A DNA stretch of 64,000 nt, taken from assembly GCF_009914755.1 (NCBI RefSeq), contig NC_060933.1, one strand, 5' to 3'. The notes beneath the pieces are model-generated. The model did not search any database. It had not been told where the DNA came from and worked only from the letters and a program-made list of their open reading frames with translations. The position numbers were made by a program, and so were the translations under genes. The DNA comes from the human T2T-CHM13v2.0 reference genome, Homo sapiens. Positions 25,857-39,444 of the stretch are shown here, in pieces; positions within the stretch are counted from its first letter, which is position 1; every line of letters begins with the position of its first letter.

Positions 25857-26504
25857 CACATTCAAGAGTCATCTGGAGACCACAAAGAGCAGCATTCGGG
25901 AGACACTGAGACGGTGAACACAGAGCACAGCCTCACCTCCAGCTCACCCTCAGTTCCTGGACTTTTCCACAGGTTGTCACTGTGGGGGGAAAGAAAGCTT
26001 GCCTAAGTTAGAAAGACTTCCACAGGTGTACCAGGGAGCTGGCAGGGGGTGGGGCAGCAGGGGACCTTCTGTTGCCCAAGAAGCCTGCTGACCACACAAA
26101 GCCTCTCCTGGTGGTACCTGCCCCAACCACGGGCCTCCCTGACCTATCCATGTTCCAGACTTTCAAGAGCACTGGTCTAGCACATGGCCTATTCTTTCCA
26201 GGCCCTTCTAGGTCACTTGCCAAATATTCTAAGTTCCTCCCTGTCCCTCAGCACCCCTTCCCTATATCCAATCACTCACCTCCATAAAATATCTCCCAAA
26301 CATTCCAGAAACTTCTACCAGATAGCCTCACCCCAGGCCCCTCATTACAACTCAGCTACACCATTGTAACAATGCCCTAAGCAGGCCTCCCTTTGTACCT
26401 CCTCCCCTCAGATCCATCATTACACAGCAACCAGATGCCCCTATCCTAAACTGCTTAGCCCCAGCTGAAAACCTTTGATCTTTATTCGCTGAGGATGAAG
26501 CCCA

Positions 26505-26722
26505 AGATCCTGAATATGACCTCCCAGGCCCCAACAGATGCTGAAGGTGGCCTCCCAGGCCCCAGCAGATCCTGAAGATGGCCTCCCAGGCCCCAGCAGA
26601 TGCTGAAGATGGCCTCCCAGGCCCCAACAGATGCTGAAGATGGCCTCCCAGGCCCCAGCAGATGCTGAAGATGGCCTCCCAGGCCCCAGCAGATGCTGAA
26701 GATGGCCTCCCAGGCCCCAGCA
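26505..26722. repeat. Minisatellite/VNTR, 7 x 31 bp
   Basis: Unit AGATGCTGAAGATGGCCTCCCAGGCCCCAGC starting at 26505, 26536, 26567, 26598, 26629, 26660 and 26691. Confidence 0.97.
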
Positions 26723-27100
26723 CCCTTTCCTGCCTCCCCACTTTGCATCCCTCCCTCTGGTGACACTGGGCCATTCACAGCACATACCACACTCGTCCTC
26801 CTTCTGGGCCTTGGAGCTGCCTGGAATGCCCTTTGCCTCCTGCCCTCACCAGCGGAGTCCTCCCATTCTCACTGCTCCACTCAAGCTGGGAAGCCCCCCA
26901 AACACTCAGGCTGGACTGAGGTGCTCTGCATTCCCACAGCACTCTGTGCATGCTGCCCTTGTACTCCACAAGGTACTGGAATGATCTGCTTGAGGGTCTC
27001 TTTCTTCCCATTCCTTAAGGCAGCCACTACGCTTTTTCTTGCCGCACAGTGCCCTGAATGTGGCCACAAGGCACGCACTAACTGCTTATTAAGCTTAAAT
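26723..27100 (+). mobile_element. L2 3' region (also upstream of the VNTR)
   Basis: GCCTGGAATGCCCTT...CCCACAGCACTCTGTGCATG...CACAGTGCCC are L2-like motifs. Confidence 0.55.
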
Positions 27101-27331
27101 CACCTGCATATCTGCTTCTAACAATGTTTTCAATAGCTGATAATTAGTTTATAGGAAGAGAGAGAATAATGGATTCCAACCAGGCTATCATACTCTGCCA
27201 AATAAACTTGGGTAACCAAACTTAGTATAAACTATGCCAGCTCTATATTTTCTGTTGAAGTAGCAGACAAGTCACATCACCTCTCTGGACTTGAATTTCC
27301 TTTCCGGCAAATCAAACGACTTGGACTAGAT

Positions 27332-27537
27332 TACACGTTTTCAAACTGTGCTGGGAAGCCTGGCTAGTCTTGCTTCTGGGGTGAGGGAGGGCCCAACAGA
27401 CAAGGACTCCAGGTCCCCCAGTGCATACCCTTATTCAATCAGAGATACTCTACTTTTCTCTATTTTATCAACTGGTCTTCTGTATAAGATATTTGAACAA
27501 AAAATTCTGCAGCTAAAGAAAGTTTGAAAACTACTTA
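27332..27537. mobile_element. MER103C-like hAT-Charlie element
   Basis: Termini TTTTCAAACTGTGCT and AAAGTTTGAAAACTACT are inverted. Confidence 0.55.
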
Positions 27538-28116
27538 GCCTACAGCAGTGGCAAATCGGGGCATTTCAGATAGGGACAGGGGTCTTTCAATGTCCCTCTA
27601 ATCACACACTCATGGCCTCAAAGAGTGAAGGTCTTTGAATACAAACAGGGCAATGTTAAGCCAGGAATATTTTCATCCAATAAGAAGGAGCCCACAGAAG
27701 CATTTCTTTTCTTGTGACCTTTGAGAATCTCTGGGGACCTCAGGCATTGAAGGCTACTGTGGGCAGAAAAGTTCAGGCTGTCAGCTGAGTGGCTGAGCTG
27801 CCGAGCTACTAATTGCAGAGAGCAGGCAGAGTGAGTGGGGGCCGGGCAGTGGCTGTGTGGCACAAAGAGGCCTGGGGGCAGACCTCACTCCAGCCTCCAG
27901 CTGCATCCACTGCATCTTCCCTGGGCTGCTCAGAGGGAACTGCAAACTGCTTTGGCATGAAAGATGCCAGAGCAACCCTGTTTGCCCAGAACCAACCAGA
28001 GCCAATTCCAGGCACTCACAGGCATGAGTTTCCACCTGAAACTTCCAGGTATAATAAAAATTGGGGGTGTTCAGGGTGGAGTAAGTAATGTGGGAAGTAG
28101 CACAGCCTCTTCCTAG

Positions 28117-28563
<447 letters not shown>

Positions 28564-28722
28564 ACATATTTGGATTTTAAACCCCATCTTCACCACTCTG
28601 ATAACTCTGGGATCTTGGTTAGACAAGAAAATAACTTTGAGCCTCAGTTTTTTTACCCTGTAAAATGGGAACAAGTTATTTAAGTTGCCAGTGTTTTAGT
28701 TATCTCATGCATAAAAGTAAAA

Positions 28723-29108
<386 letters not shown>

Positions 29109-32100
29109 CTACATTCAGTCATTAGGATGAAGATCCTGTTGCTCCCCTGTCTGTTTCCTCTTCACTGATGTTGGCCAGTGGCCCTGCCTGCTGCTTCTCC
29201 TGCCAACCCCCGCAGCGTCCTGCCCAGTGCTGGGCCCCTGCACAGCTAACTGTCCTTACTGTCCAGCACTCCTGTCTGTCCTTCCTGCTGGCCTGTGTGT
29301 CGTTCACCAGCGCCCATGTCTGGGACATACCCCCTGCATGCATTTGCATGACTTTCGGGAGCAGCCCTCTCCTAGGGTCTCCTTGAGGACCTTGGGACTG
29401 GAGCAGCACTGGGCTGAGGACAAGACCCCAGCTTAAACCCAATGTCAAGACTGAGCAACCACCTGCCAGGGCAACCCCGAGGGACAGCCGCACCTCCACA
29501 AAACTGAAGCCTCTGCATGGGAGAGGCCCAAACACCTGAGGCCTCTTTCCTGACACTGCACCCACGGAGAAGCTTCCAGAGGCTTTCCATGGGCCCTGCC
29601 TCCAGCCACAGCCACAAGCATTCCTTGGCATGCCTTTCACAGGCTCTCCCCGCCATCCATTATCTATGGAAATGTAGAAGTGGACAGACATTGCTCCTGA
29701 GCCTTTTTCCAAAGTCAAGGACACTGAGGCAAAGTGGTAGGAGGGGGAATAAGCTGGTTTGGAGGAGTGAGATTGTGAATTAGAGCATTTTGACTTTCTT
29801 TGGCCAGGAGGAATGCCAGATGAAAAAGAAAACAAAACAAACACTTCAATGAGCTGCCCCCGACTCCCAAGAAAGTCTCTGGACTTGGGTTCTCCAACTG
29901 ACCACAAAGGACGGCCAAGCCCAACACTCACCCACAGTGTCCAGGCAGGATCATGCAGGTCCTGCTCATCTGTGCAGTTGCCTTTGAAGGAATGCAGTTG
30001 CTGCCATTACTAAGGATACGCACTCTTTCACCCCAGGCAGCTTTTGGATCAGTTTGCCTCTTCTCATCACAAATATTCAAAGTCTAACTCCTATTATATC
30101 AATGTAAGGATGAGGACAAGGGGAAGTGGAGCTAGTAGTCTAAGAAAGAAGTTTTGAAGCTTACAAAGCATTCACTTAATGGAAAGCATTGAGGCATTGC
30201 GCCTCCCATGAAATCCCTCAGTGCCCGATAAGGGATGGAAGGGGTTCTTTGCAGAGGGAGTTCCAGCTTTGCAGGGACCCATCATGCAAAGTGCATATAG
30301 TAGAGCAAGAAAAGGTGTGGCCTAGGATGAGTGTACTTTTCAAGGGAGTGTCCCCACCCTCTCAACCAGGCCCCCAAGCTGAGGAAAAAGGAAGGGGAGG
30401 GGAGCAGCCAGTGTCTGCTTGCTGGGGGAGAAGTGTCCTGGCCATGGGCGAGATGTCCAGCTCTGCAACCTGAACACTGGACATCACCACCGTAGTTTGT
30501 AAAGCTTCCTGCAGAGAATGCAGGAGCCTTTTCTTTTGCTTCCTGGTCAGTCTAGGGGAGCCCTCGGGCTGGGCTCATGGCCTGGATGCTGCCCCTGGTC
30601 TGGTCCCATCCTGTCTGTGGCCTCACAGCAATCAGCATTGGCAGCCAAAGCTCCCAGGGACCTGCAGGGCAGTCCCCACAGAGCCCCGGGCTGCTCCTGA
30701 GCTTCCCTGGACCTAGAGCCTGGCCTCTCCTAGGCCCTCCTTCGCAAACCCACCCGTCATCTCTACTAAGTTTTCCAGAGCTAGATGATACGCAAAGACC
30801 ATGCAGTCTAGAAGTGTCACCTTTATTTTACTTGGTTTGTTTGTAGTCCAAAGGCTGGGAATGGGTGGGGGCAGGAGCATAGATGCTCCTAACAGAGAGG
30901 ACACGCCGTCTCGGTGAGCTCAGGGTGGCAGCCTTGACCACCACAATGCCCAAGCAGGGCCTCTTGGGAGCAGAAGGCTGGGCCACTTCCCTGCTCAAGC
31001 TTCTGGTACATTAAAAAAAAAAAAAAAAGAAAGAAAGACAAAGCAAGGTTTCAAACACCGTGCTATTGCTATCATTTTTTAGTGTTAACTTTTAAGAGAT
31101 TAACACTTGACATATTCACAGAAATACAACAGAGTGTAATTGTATCATTTACAATGCAAGACAGAATTTATTTTTAAATTTACATATTGAATGATATGAC
31201 ACCATATTCAAGGTAATATAGTACATAGGATGCAACTTTAAAACGGTGCAATGAACGCTTCTTCCAGTTCTGCCAGTACAGCCTCATATTTTCTTGTAAA
31301 TAACACACGGGTCTGGAGCTGAGGCCCGCTCTGATAGGCACTACCATGGGGAAGGGACTTTGGCTGCTGGAGAGGTGGGTGGAACACAACGGCATGGGGG
31401 TTTAGTGAGACCAGCCTCCCTTTCCCCGCTCCCTTGATGTTCCCCCAACCCCCACCTCTCCTCTCTTCAGCCTAATCTCCATGTGGCTGGCCAGTGAGTT
31501 TTTAAAAAATGCGAACCCGACTGTGTCAGTCCTGTCTGTGAAACGTCCAGGGCCTCACATCACCACAGGCACAGCTAAGCGGTGGCTTCCAAAATGTCCA
31601 CTTTTATGCCCACAAAGCCTTTGATATTGCTGCCTTCAGACAGCGGAGCCTAATTTACAGAATAGACTGTGGTCCATGTGATGGCGGGTGACATCTGGGA
31701 TCAGGACATAAGGCACAGCCTCATGGAGGCTCAGCCCCATCATGTCCTTTGTCCCTGTTTCAGTCCAGGATCTGCAGGCCACCCCTCCCTGGACCCGCCA
31801 TCTGCACGTGGCTCTGCACATGCCCTGGTCTGATTCTGTCTCCCACCCGTCCCCAGCTCTGGAACTGCAGGCGCTCCTGGCCTGTCCTCAGCAGATGCCC
31901 CTCGGCACTCAAGTCCTTCTTCCGCTTTCCCTTCTCTTATTCACTCAACTTTTTAATGCTGGCCTCAACCCACTAAATTAACTTCACCACCAGCTAATAG
32001 GTCATGACCCACCATTTGAGAACCAGATGCATGATATAAAGAATGGGGTTTTGTGGGATTTGTTTTTCATTTCTTCACTGATGCAGGATCTCACTTGTGG

Positions 32101-32184
32101 GCAAGAGAGCCGAGGTGCTCCAGGACTTGCTCAGAATGAGCCCAAAGGCAGAGAAGGAGGGCACCTTTTCTTCCCGCCATCTGT

Positions 32185-32770
32185 ACATGGGGTCACAAAC
32201 ACAAATGCCCACAAGGGCCAGCTAGGTGATGTCCCAGAGGAAACCAGGAGGATGTAAATCTGTTCTCAAAGAACAGGCCCCGACACTAGGCCTCACTGTC
32301 CAGGACTGCTGGGACCGAGGTGAACCAAGCAGCGCATTTCCTGGCAGCACACAGCAGCCACGGCTCCACAACACTCTCAGTGGGCTGCTGTGCACCTGCC
32401 TCTACCATTGCCCAGCTGTGCGTTTGGACAAGTCACTTGCCCCACTCTGTGCCTGTGGTTTCCTCAAATGGAAATAGTAATAGTCTATTACGCTAAACTC
32501 TGATAAAGCTGTTTTGAGCATTGCGTGATAGGATACAGAAATGTATGTGAAACCACACCTGCCAATAGTTACTCTGGCTAGGTTCAGCTGATAGTGGGCA
32601 TGCAGATTTATTATTGCCATATCTCACTTTGTTAAGAGAAGCCGAGAAATCCAAGTTTTTATGGTGAATCTTCTGATTTTGAAGCATTCATGGTTTTTTA
32701 AGCACTGTGCAGGTTAAGCAAAATCTGTCTGCAGCCGGCTGGGCCCACATCTGCTCTGCTGCCTTAGGTT
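32185..32770. mobile_element. MER102-like hAT element with a MIR inserted at ~32400-32545
   Basis: GGGGTCACAAACACAAATGCCCACAAGGGCCAG start and AAGAGAAGCCGAGAAATCCAAGTTTTTATGGTGAATCTTCTGATTTT; MIR core GGACAAGTCACTT...CTCTGTGCCTGTGGTTTCCTCAAATGGAA. Confidence 0.6.
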
Positions 32771-34169
32771 CCATGCCAGCCTCCTTGGGACTGTGGTGGA
32801 GCGCCCCCACCTCTCCCACCTGCCCTACCTCAGCTGGTCTCTGGAGGAGAAAGGATGCCGGTGGGGAAGGAGGGTGGCTGGGAGAAGGAGGGGAAAGGAA
32901 AGCCCATGCATCTGGGCGGCGACTTCTGCTCTGGAAACGCTGATCCGCCAGCCCAAGTGACGGATGTATTGAGTTCGTTTCTGCAGGTAATTGTTTAAAT
33001 GTTATGGCAGCTTTAACATGTCGTCTGTTCAAATGTATTGGTGAGGCAGCCATTCCAAACCTGTAATGTGGGTAATATTTAGATGATTTACTAGGTGAGG
33101 TGCATTTTCTGATTCAATCAGAGTTGCATTTGATTCAATAGGTGATGCATCTAATCTGACTGGGAGTCCAATGGATCCAGAGGTGATGCGTTTGATTCAC
33201 GGGCTGATCTACCTGATTTAGAAGGTGATGGATCTGGGTCCACGCTGAATGATTCCAATTCCCCCATGCCGGGTATTTGCTTCAGTGTGTGATGTATGAG
33301 CTTTAATAATAAGACACACTTTTGGGATGGAGAGGGCTGCCTGACATGTTTGTGGCTGCAGCCACTTCTAGGCAGAGCCAGTCCTGGCCTATAGGACCAG
33401 AGGTACAAAGTGGGAGAAAAGCCCAGTTCCCCATGTGTGACCTGAGCCTCCACATGTCCCCATAACAGCCATTCTTCTATGATCCATAGGTGGCCTTCTG
33501 TCTGTCCAGTTGGAGGTCCACAGATGGGCTCTGTGCTGGGAACCTGGTTCTTTGCATGTGGGGGCCTTAGGGATGGACTTGTCATTTGAAAGATATTCAC
33601 TCTGCCCATTCTGTTCTTGTCTGCCCCAAGTTCCTTGAGCCTCACCTGACATTTCAGGGCCCCTCCATGGAAGCCTTCCCCAGGTCTGGTGCACAGGTTT
33701 GAACCAGCATTAGAGGGACTGAATTGTTGTATTCCAGTGGGAGGCAAACGGAAGGGTGTTCCCTGAATTAGTTTTCAGCCCCTCCCTCCTCTTCTGTTCC
33801 CCCCCTGGTGTGGGTGGGAATTCCCTTCAGAGAAGAGCTCCTTCTGTTTGTATTCTCTCCTCTGCCTGGAATGCCTGTCTTCCTTATCCTCAGCTTTATA
33901 AAAAGCTGTGCACCCTGTGCAAAGTCGCAGCCTCCTGTCACCCCCCCTAACAGAAGCCACCCTGCACTGAACCTCAGTTCAGCCTAGTAAGAGCAACCCC
34001 TCTTCCAGCTATCTGAGTCTTCCGGCCATATCTGTATGATAACACATCACTCGAGTTGTCCTATGATGGGGAGGTTTCTTCTTCACCCTGCTATCCCCTG
34101 AAATGGCTCAGCCCTTGACAGATGGCAGACATGTAACCTTGGAAGAGGGAGTGGAGTGAACAGTAATGA

Positions 34170-34430
34170 AATAATTTGCGTTTATTGAGCTCCAAGTATG
34201 TTGTAAGTGTTCCAAGTGTAAAGTGCTGATACTGTCTAGGGTTCACGTCTTTATGTCTTTCAATCCTCACAACAAACCATATGTGGTAAGAATGCTTATT
34301 TCCTCCATTTGTACAGTTGGAAAACTGAGGCTCGGTGAAGTTAAACGACTTCCCCCAGGGTTTCACCTTGGCAGAATTTGATTTGAATCTAGGTCTCTCA
34401 GGCCCTAAAGCAGAGCTGTTAATTGTTACA
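34170..34430 (-). mobile_element. MIR (near full length)
   Basis: TTTATTGAGCTCC...AATCCTCACAACAAACC...CCATTTGTACAGTTGGAAAACTGAGGCTC...GATTTGAATCTAGGTCT. Confidence 0.8.
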
Positions 34431-35629
34431 TCATTATCCGACCTCCTAGGACCAGATAGACTTCTCCATCCTAGCCCAGGTCAGGGAGGACAGAGTCCCT
34501 ACTGACGCACAGGTGCCCTCAGGGAGACAGAATCATGACACAAGGCAGAATGGCTTGATTGGTAAACTGAGGCACAAGGGGGCGGTAGATGAGGGAGTAA
34601 CTAGGGAAGGCTTCCTGGCGGAGGCATTTGATCTAGCCCTGGATGAAAAGAAGAAGAAAAATGGGGCCTTCAGATGTGCTAATGCCCATTTTCAGCCACT
34701 CTTGGCCCAGCGCCCTAGTCCTCAGACTGCCCTTAAGTCAGGGGAATCAAAGAAGCTGAGTCTGCAACAATTTGTCTTTTGGGTGACTGTTTCCCCACTA
34801 GGAGCTATGTGTGGTCAAAAGTGGAGTCTAGGCCGGCACTACAGACCAGAGTGAGCAGTGATCTCCCCGCCACCCAAAAGAGGTGAGTCAGCTACCACCA
34901 CCCTTCAATGCAGAGGAGAACTCAACTGAGCCCCAAGATCAGGCTGAGTACTGGACATTCCTCCAGCAAAGGCCCAGATGCAGGTCATATCTCCTGCTCT
35001 CTCCTCCAGCATTTAATCCACAATTCTCCTCCTCCCATTCCTCTCCCTGTCTTGAGTCCCCAGAACCCTCGTCCCCCTTCAGGGATGGGCCCATCATGAG
35101 ATGCTCTTATCTGGATAGTGCCATTTTTGGAGGACAGCCTTATCATGTTCAACCTGCTCCTGCCCAAGCCTCTAGCAGTCTCGGTCTGAGGAGAAGCCAA
35201 GGTGTTGAGTTTAAGACAGGGATCTGCTTCCAAGGACCTAGACCACCTCCCTGCTCCAGTCCACAGAGCTGGCCTCCTGATTCTTGGGGTGGGGCCCAGG
35301 AATAAGGCTCGCTCCAAGCCCTCCACTACAGTGTGACAATTCCTGTGTTAGGCCATATGTGGGTGAGGGGCTCAGCACTAGAGGTCTGAGACCCTCCTAG
35401 TTTCCAACTATTCCCACACCTCAGCTCCCTCCTCCTCGTTTCTCTTCATTCCAAGACCCCAGGAAAGCAAATCTGACTGGTTCAGGGCAGCCTATGAGTT
35501 GGCACCTCTAGGCAGAGGGGACGCCACAGCACAGTAGGCTATGGTCAGGGAGTCCAGGCCTTAGTACTCTAGGTTTTTGCAGGCCCAAGAGATCTGGGGG
35601 ATTTAATGGACATCTCTGAAAAGCAGGAC

Positions 35630-35810
35630 TTTACTGGCCACGTGCTGTGTGCCAGATTCCTCCATGTTCTTGATCTCATTTTATCCATTCAACCCTGTAT
35701 TCCAGGCCCATTTTACAGAGAGAAGGTTGAGGCTTGGAAAGGCATGGGGGCTTACCCAGGGACAAGTATTTGAAGAACAAACAAAGGGAGTGATATGTGT
35801 CAACCCCAAG
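35630..35810 (-). mobile_element. MIR
   Basis: CCCATTTTACAGAGAGAAGGTTGAGGCTTGGAAAGG. Confidence 0.6.
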
Positions 35811-36609
35811 GCTTACTTACTTTCTCTCTCTGTCTCTCTCTCATCTCTCTGATGGGGGGCTGTCAGGCACCGTGACAGACTGGTGTGGGAGATATTTGGA
35901 TCAAGCACATCCTTGTGTCCTCTAATCTCACCACCCAGGCAGCGGCCAACTCTAGCATAAGGCTGGTGATGGGCCAGACAGACGGATTCCTTGGAGGCTG
36001 GATGCAGAACAGCTGCCTGCACTACTTCTGCTGCTTCTAGAGGCCACAGTGGCCCTGACTGCACACATTTTCCCAGGCTGCGGCCGCAAGTGGGGGGTCC
36101 TCAGACACAGACAAAGGAATAGCTCAGCCTTGCAAATGGCTTTGAAAATGGGACCACGGGGATTCCACTTGGCTGACACACTCTGCCCTGGCCCAGGCCT
36201 CATCCCCCAGAGGCATCCCCAGCCCCTGCCGACCAGCTGTGTCTCCCACTGCCGCCCACACCAAAGGCCTGACCACACGGAAATGGCTGCTCAGCCCAGA
36301 ATTCCCCCATCACACCCCTTCCCACGCAGGGTGGGGCAGGAGGCAGGGATAGTGGCAGCAGGGACTCTGGGGGCTGACCCTCCACTGACATTGGACATTG
36401 GCCCTCTGACCCTCACTGGGCACCCACCATGGACTAAACCCCTCATGAGTCAAGCAGGATGTTCAAATGGGACTTGCCTGTCATTCCCATTTCAGATGAG
36501 ACCTTGATTCTGAGACAGAGGGTGTTAATGCACCCACATGGTAACTCGGGGTGTCAAACCACCTGTGCCAAACCTGCTAAGGGGTGACCACAAAAGATCC
36601 AGCAGTTAG

Positions 36610-37322
36610 CACAGCAGCCTTCTAACTGGGCACCCCTGGGGACACATGGAGACTTTCCCAAGAATACGCAGCATACACAGTGTTAGGGACATCACTTTCC
36701 AGCCCCTCCAATCTAGGCATTCTTTTCTAAAATCAATTTGTCTGAGCATAAACTGATGGTCTCCAGTTTTCCTACAAAACAAAGAAAGGTTTTACCCATC
36801 TTGAATCTGGCTGCGCTAGATCTCCCCTGGATATAAAATCCTCAGGGCAGCAAACATAGGACTCTAAGAAAAAGTCCAGTAAAAATCCAAGCAAAAAATA
36901 TTTATCATGAGCGACAAGCTCGTTGCAAAACTCTGCACCTCCCCTGCCTGCCTATGTGTCTTTCTTTGGATCAGAATACAAATGTTTCAAGTATATATAA
37001 AAATGTATATTCATAGTGAAAAGTGAAATCAGAATCTTCCCTTTTTTATAAAAAGTTCTGATTTAGCTGTTTGGTTTGGCCAATGATGTGATACAGTGGA
37101 TATCTCCTATAAATTGAATGGCCCAAATCTAAAGCTTCAGGATTCTAAATATTTAAAGCACATATATCATATTATGTCATAGTCAATACACCAGAAGTCA
37201 TGTTTTCTTGGTAACTAAACTTATAATGAAAATTTTTTCAATGTCAACTAACGCTCAAGAGGCTGACTAGTTTTCCAAAATCCTTTTAGGAGGTCCTCAA
37301 ACAACAAATTTGAAGATCATTC
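36610..37322. mobile_element. hAT-Charlie DNA transposon fragment
   Basis: Start CAGCAGCCTTCTAACTGGGCACCCCTGGGGACACATGGAGACTTTCC and end AAATTTGAAGATCATT resemble Charlie termini; AT-rich interior. Confidence 0.45.
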
Positions 37323-38327
37323 CCTTAGTCCACACATATTCTCCAAGGCAGAGAAGAGGACTGATCAGTAGTGACTGATGGAAACAATTTCCTTGGCGGG
37401 AGAGTCATTAGCAATGCTGCTCTTGTTCCTGGGCCAGGAAGAGAGAGGTTCCCCTAACTCCAGCCAGATGAGGGGGCCTTCAAGGGAACCATACATACAG
37501 AATTAGAAAGTTTCTCATGAGGAGAAAGTGACCGCAGCCCTCTGGCCAGATGCTTTCTGAGCTATACCAGTCTGTGCCTTGGTGTCACCAGTAATGAAAG
37601 GCTCTGTTAATAGAGCCTGTCATGAATCCCCTGGAGTGGGGAACACTGGGCTGATGCTGGACTCTTACTTAGAGAATTCTCAAGATGAGTGACTGGAGAA
37701 ACATAGTCCAAAGCAGGAGACAGAGAGAAGGTGACGACGGGAACAAGCTGTGCTTCCACCAAAGGCAGAAAGAGGACACAGGCAATTTTCTTTGGACCAA
37801 GCAGACCTACAAAAGCCAGCAGGTTTGATTTTGTCTTGATCAAGGTTTCCAGACAAGAGGACTTTCTGGCAGGGGCAAGACAGCCCCCACAAACGCGGTT
37901 GGAGGCGGTCCAGAGAATGTAGAGGTGGGAGGGTTATCAGATATCAAGAAGAGACTGTCTCCCATGCCAAGGAAAAGCAGAGCAGAGGGCCCCAGGAGGA
38001 TCCACAAAAGCTCATCACAAGAAAAGGAGCTTGCCCCGGCCTGGGGTGCCCAGGGCCAGATTACGAGAGGCCAGGCAAGAAACACCTTCTCTGCCATTTG
38101 TCTCTTGTCCCCTGCTCCAACCTGGAGGCTGCACAAACTCCATAGTCAGTAGAAAAGGAAAGCAAAGGGAAAGCAGCAAAGAAGTCAACCACAGCCCCTT
38201 GCCCTGAATCGGTGCTAGGCTGGGAATAGGGGAAGCCCTTAAATTGGGTGAGAGAGTGTAGCTTTGGTATTAGATGGGACTGGACTTTTTAACATTTATT
38301 TTGAAAGTAATATTAGAGGGAAGTAAC

Positions 38328-38639
38328 TGCTATAGATTGTTTTTGTTCCTCCCCAAATTCAAATGTTGAAACCCCCAGTGTAATGGTGTTTGGAAGTGAG
38401 GCCTCTGTGAGATGACTGGGTTGTAAGGGTTGAGCCCCCATAAGTGAGAGTAGTGCCCTTATAAACGGGACCCGGGAGAGCTCCCTCCCCACTTCTGCCA
38501 TGCAAGGACACCACAAGAACCAGCTGCTGGCATCTTGATCTTGGACTTCCCAGCCTCCAGAACTGTGAGAAATAAATTCTATCATTTATAAGCTGTCCAG
38601 TCTGTTATTCTGTTATGGACACCTGATTGAACTAAGACA
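38328..38639 (+). mobile_element. MLT1A-type MaLR solo LTR
   Basis: TGCTATAG...CCCCAAATTCAAATGTTGAAAC...CTTGATCTTGGACTTCCCAGCCTCCAGAACTGTGAGAAATAAAT...ACTAAGACA; 5-bp TSD GTAAC/GTGAC. Confidence 0.88.
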
Positions 38640-39006
38640 GTGACCAAGAAATCTACCAAAGCTGAACCATTGCCCAGGGTGGAGGGAGGACAGACAGTGG
38701 TGAAACTACATGAAGTCATAGGTGATTTTTTTTGCTTTCTCTGCTCGCTTCCGATAGAGTCAGACCTACCAGGGAGCTGGAGGGGAGCAGTCAGCCTGGA
38801 AGCTCATGGTCAGGCTCCAGAGCAGGCACCAATAGAGACAAACCCCTTCGGGTGATGGGAGGCAGAGGAGCAGGGCAGGTGGTCAGCACTAGGGGAAGAC
38901 TATGATGTGAGAGGCAGAGAGTCCCTGACAGAGCAACACACATTAGCTGGACAGAACATGGGAGAGCCACCATGTGGAGCAAGAAATGCTTCTGCCAGTG
39001 TCTTCA

Positions 39007-39444
<438 letters not shown>

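Noticed and set aside
26352-26790. Three overlapping - strand ORFs with repeating peptide GRPSSASAGAWEAIFSICWGLGGHLQHLLGP; CRISPR-like appearance
   Set aside because: Artefact of a 31-bp tandem repeat with no stop on that strand; units abut without unique spacers and the DNA is eukaryotic
29122-29931. Longest ORF in the track (269 aa, - strand)
   Set aside because: Non-ATG start, no recognisable domain, composition typical of chance ORFs in GC-rich DNA
31081-31107. AGTGTTAA...TTAACACT hairpin in an AT-rich block after an A-rich tract; possible retrocopied 3' UTR
   Set aside because: 8-bp AT-rich arms only; no ORF, TSD or recognisable parent gene
33151-33747. 198-aa ORF (- strand)
   Set aside because: Non-ATG start, no recognisable homology or exon structure
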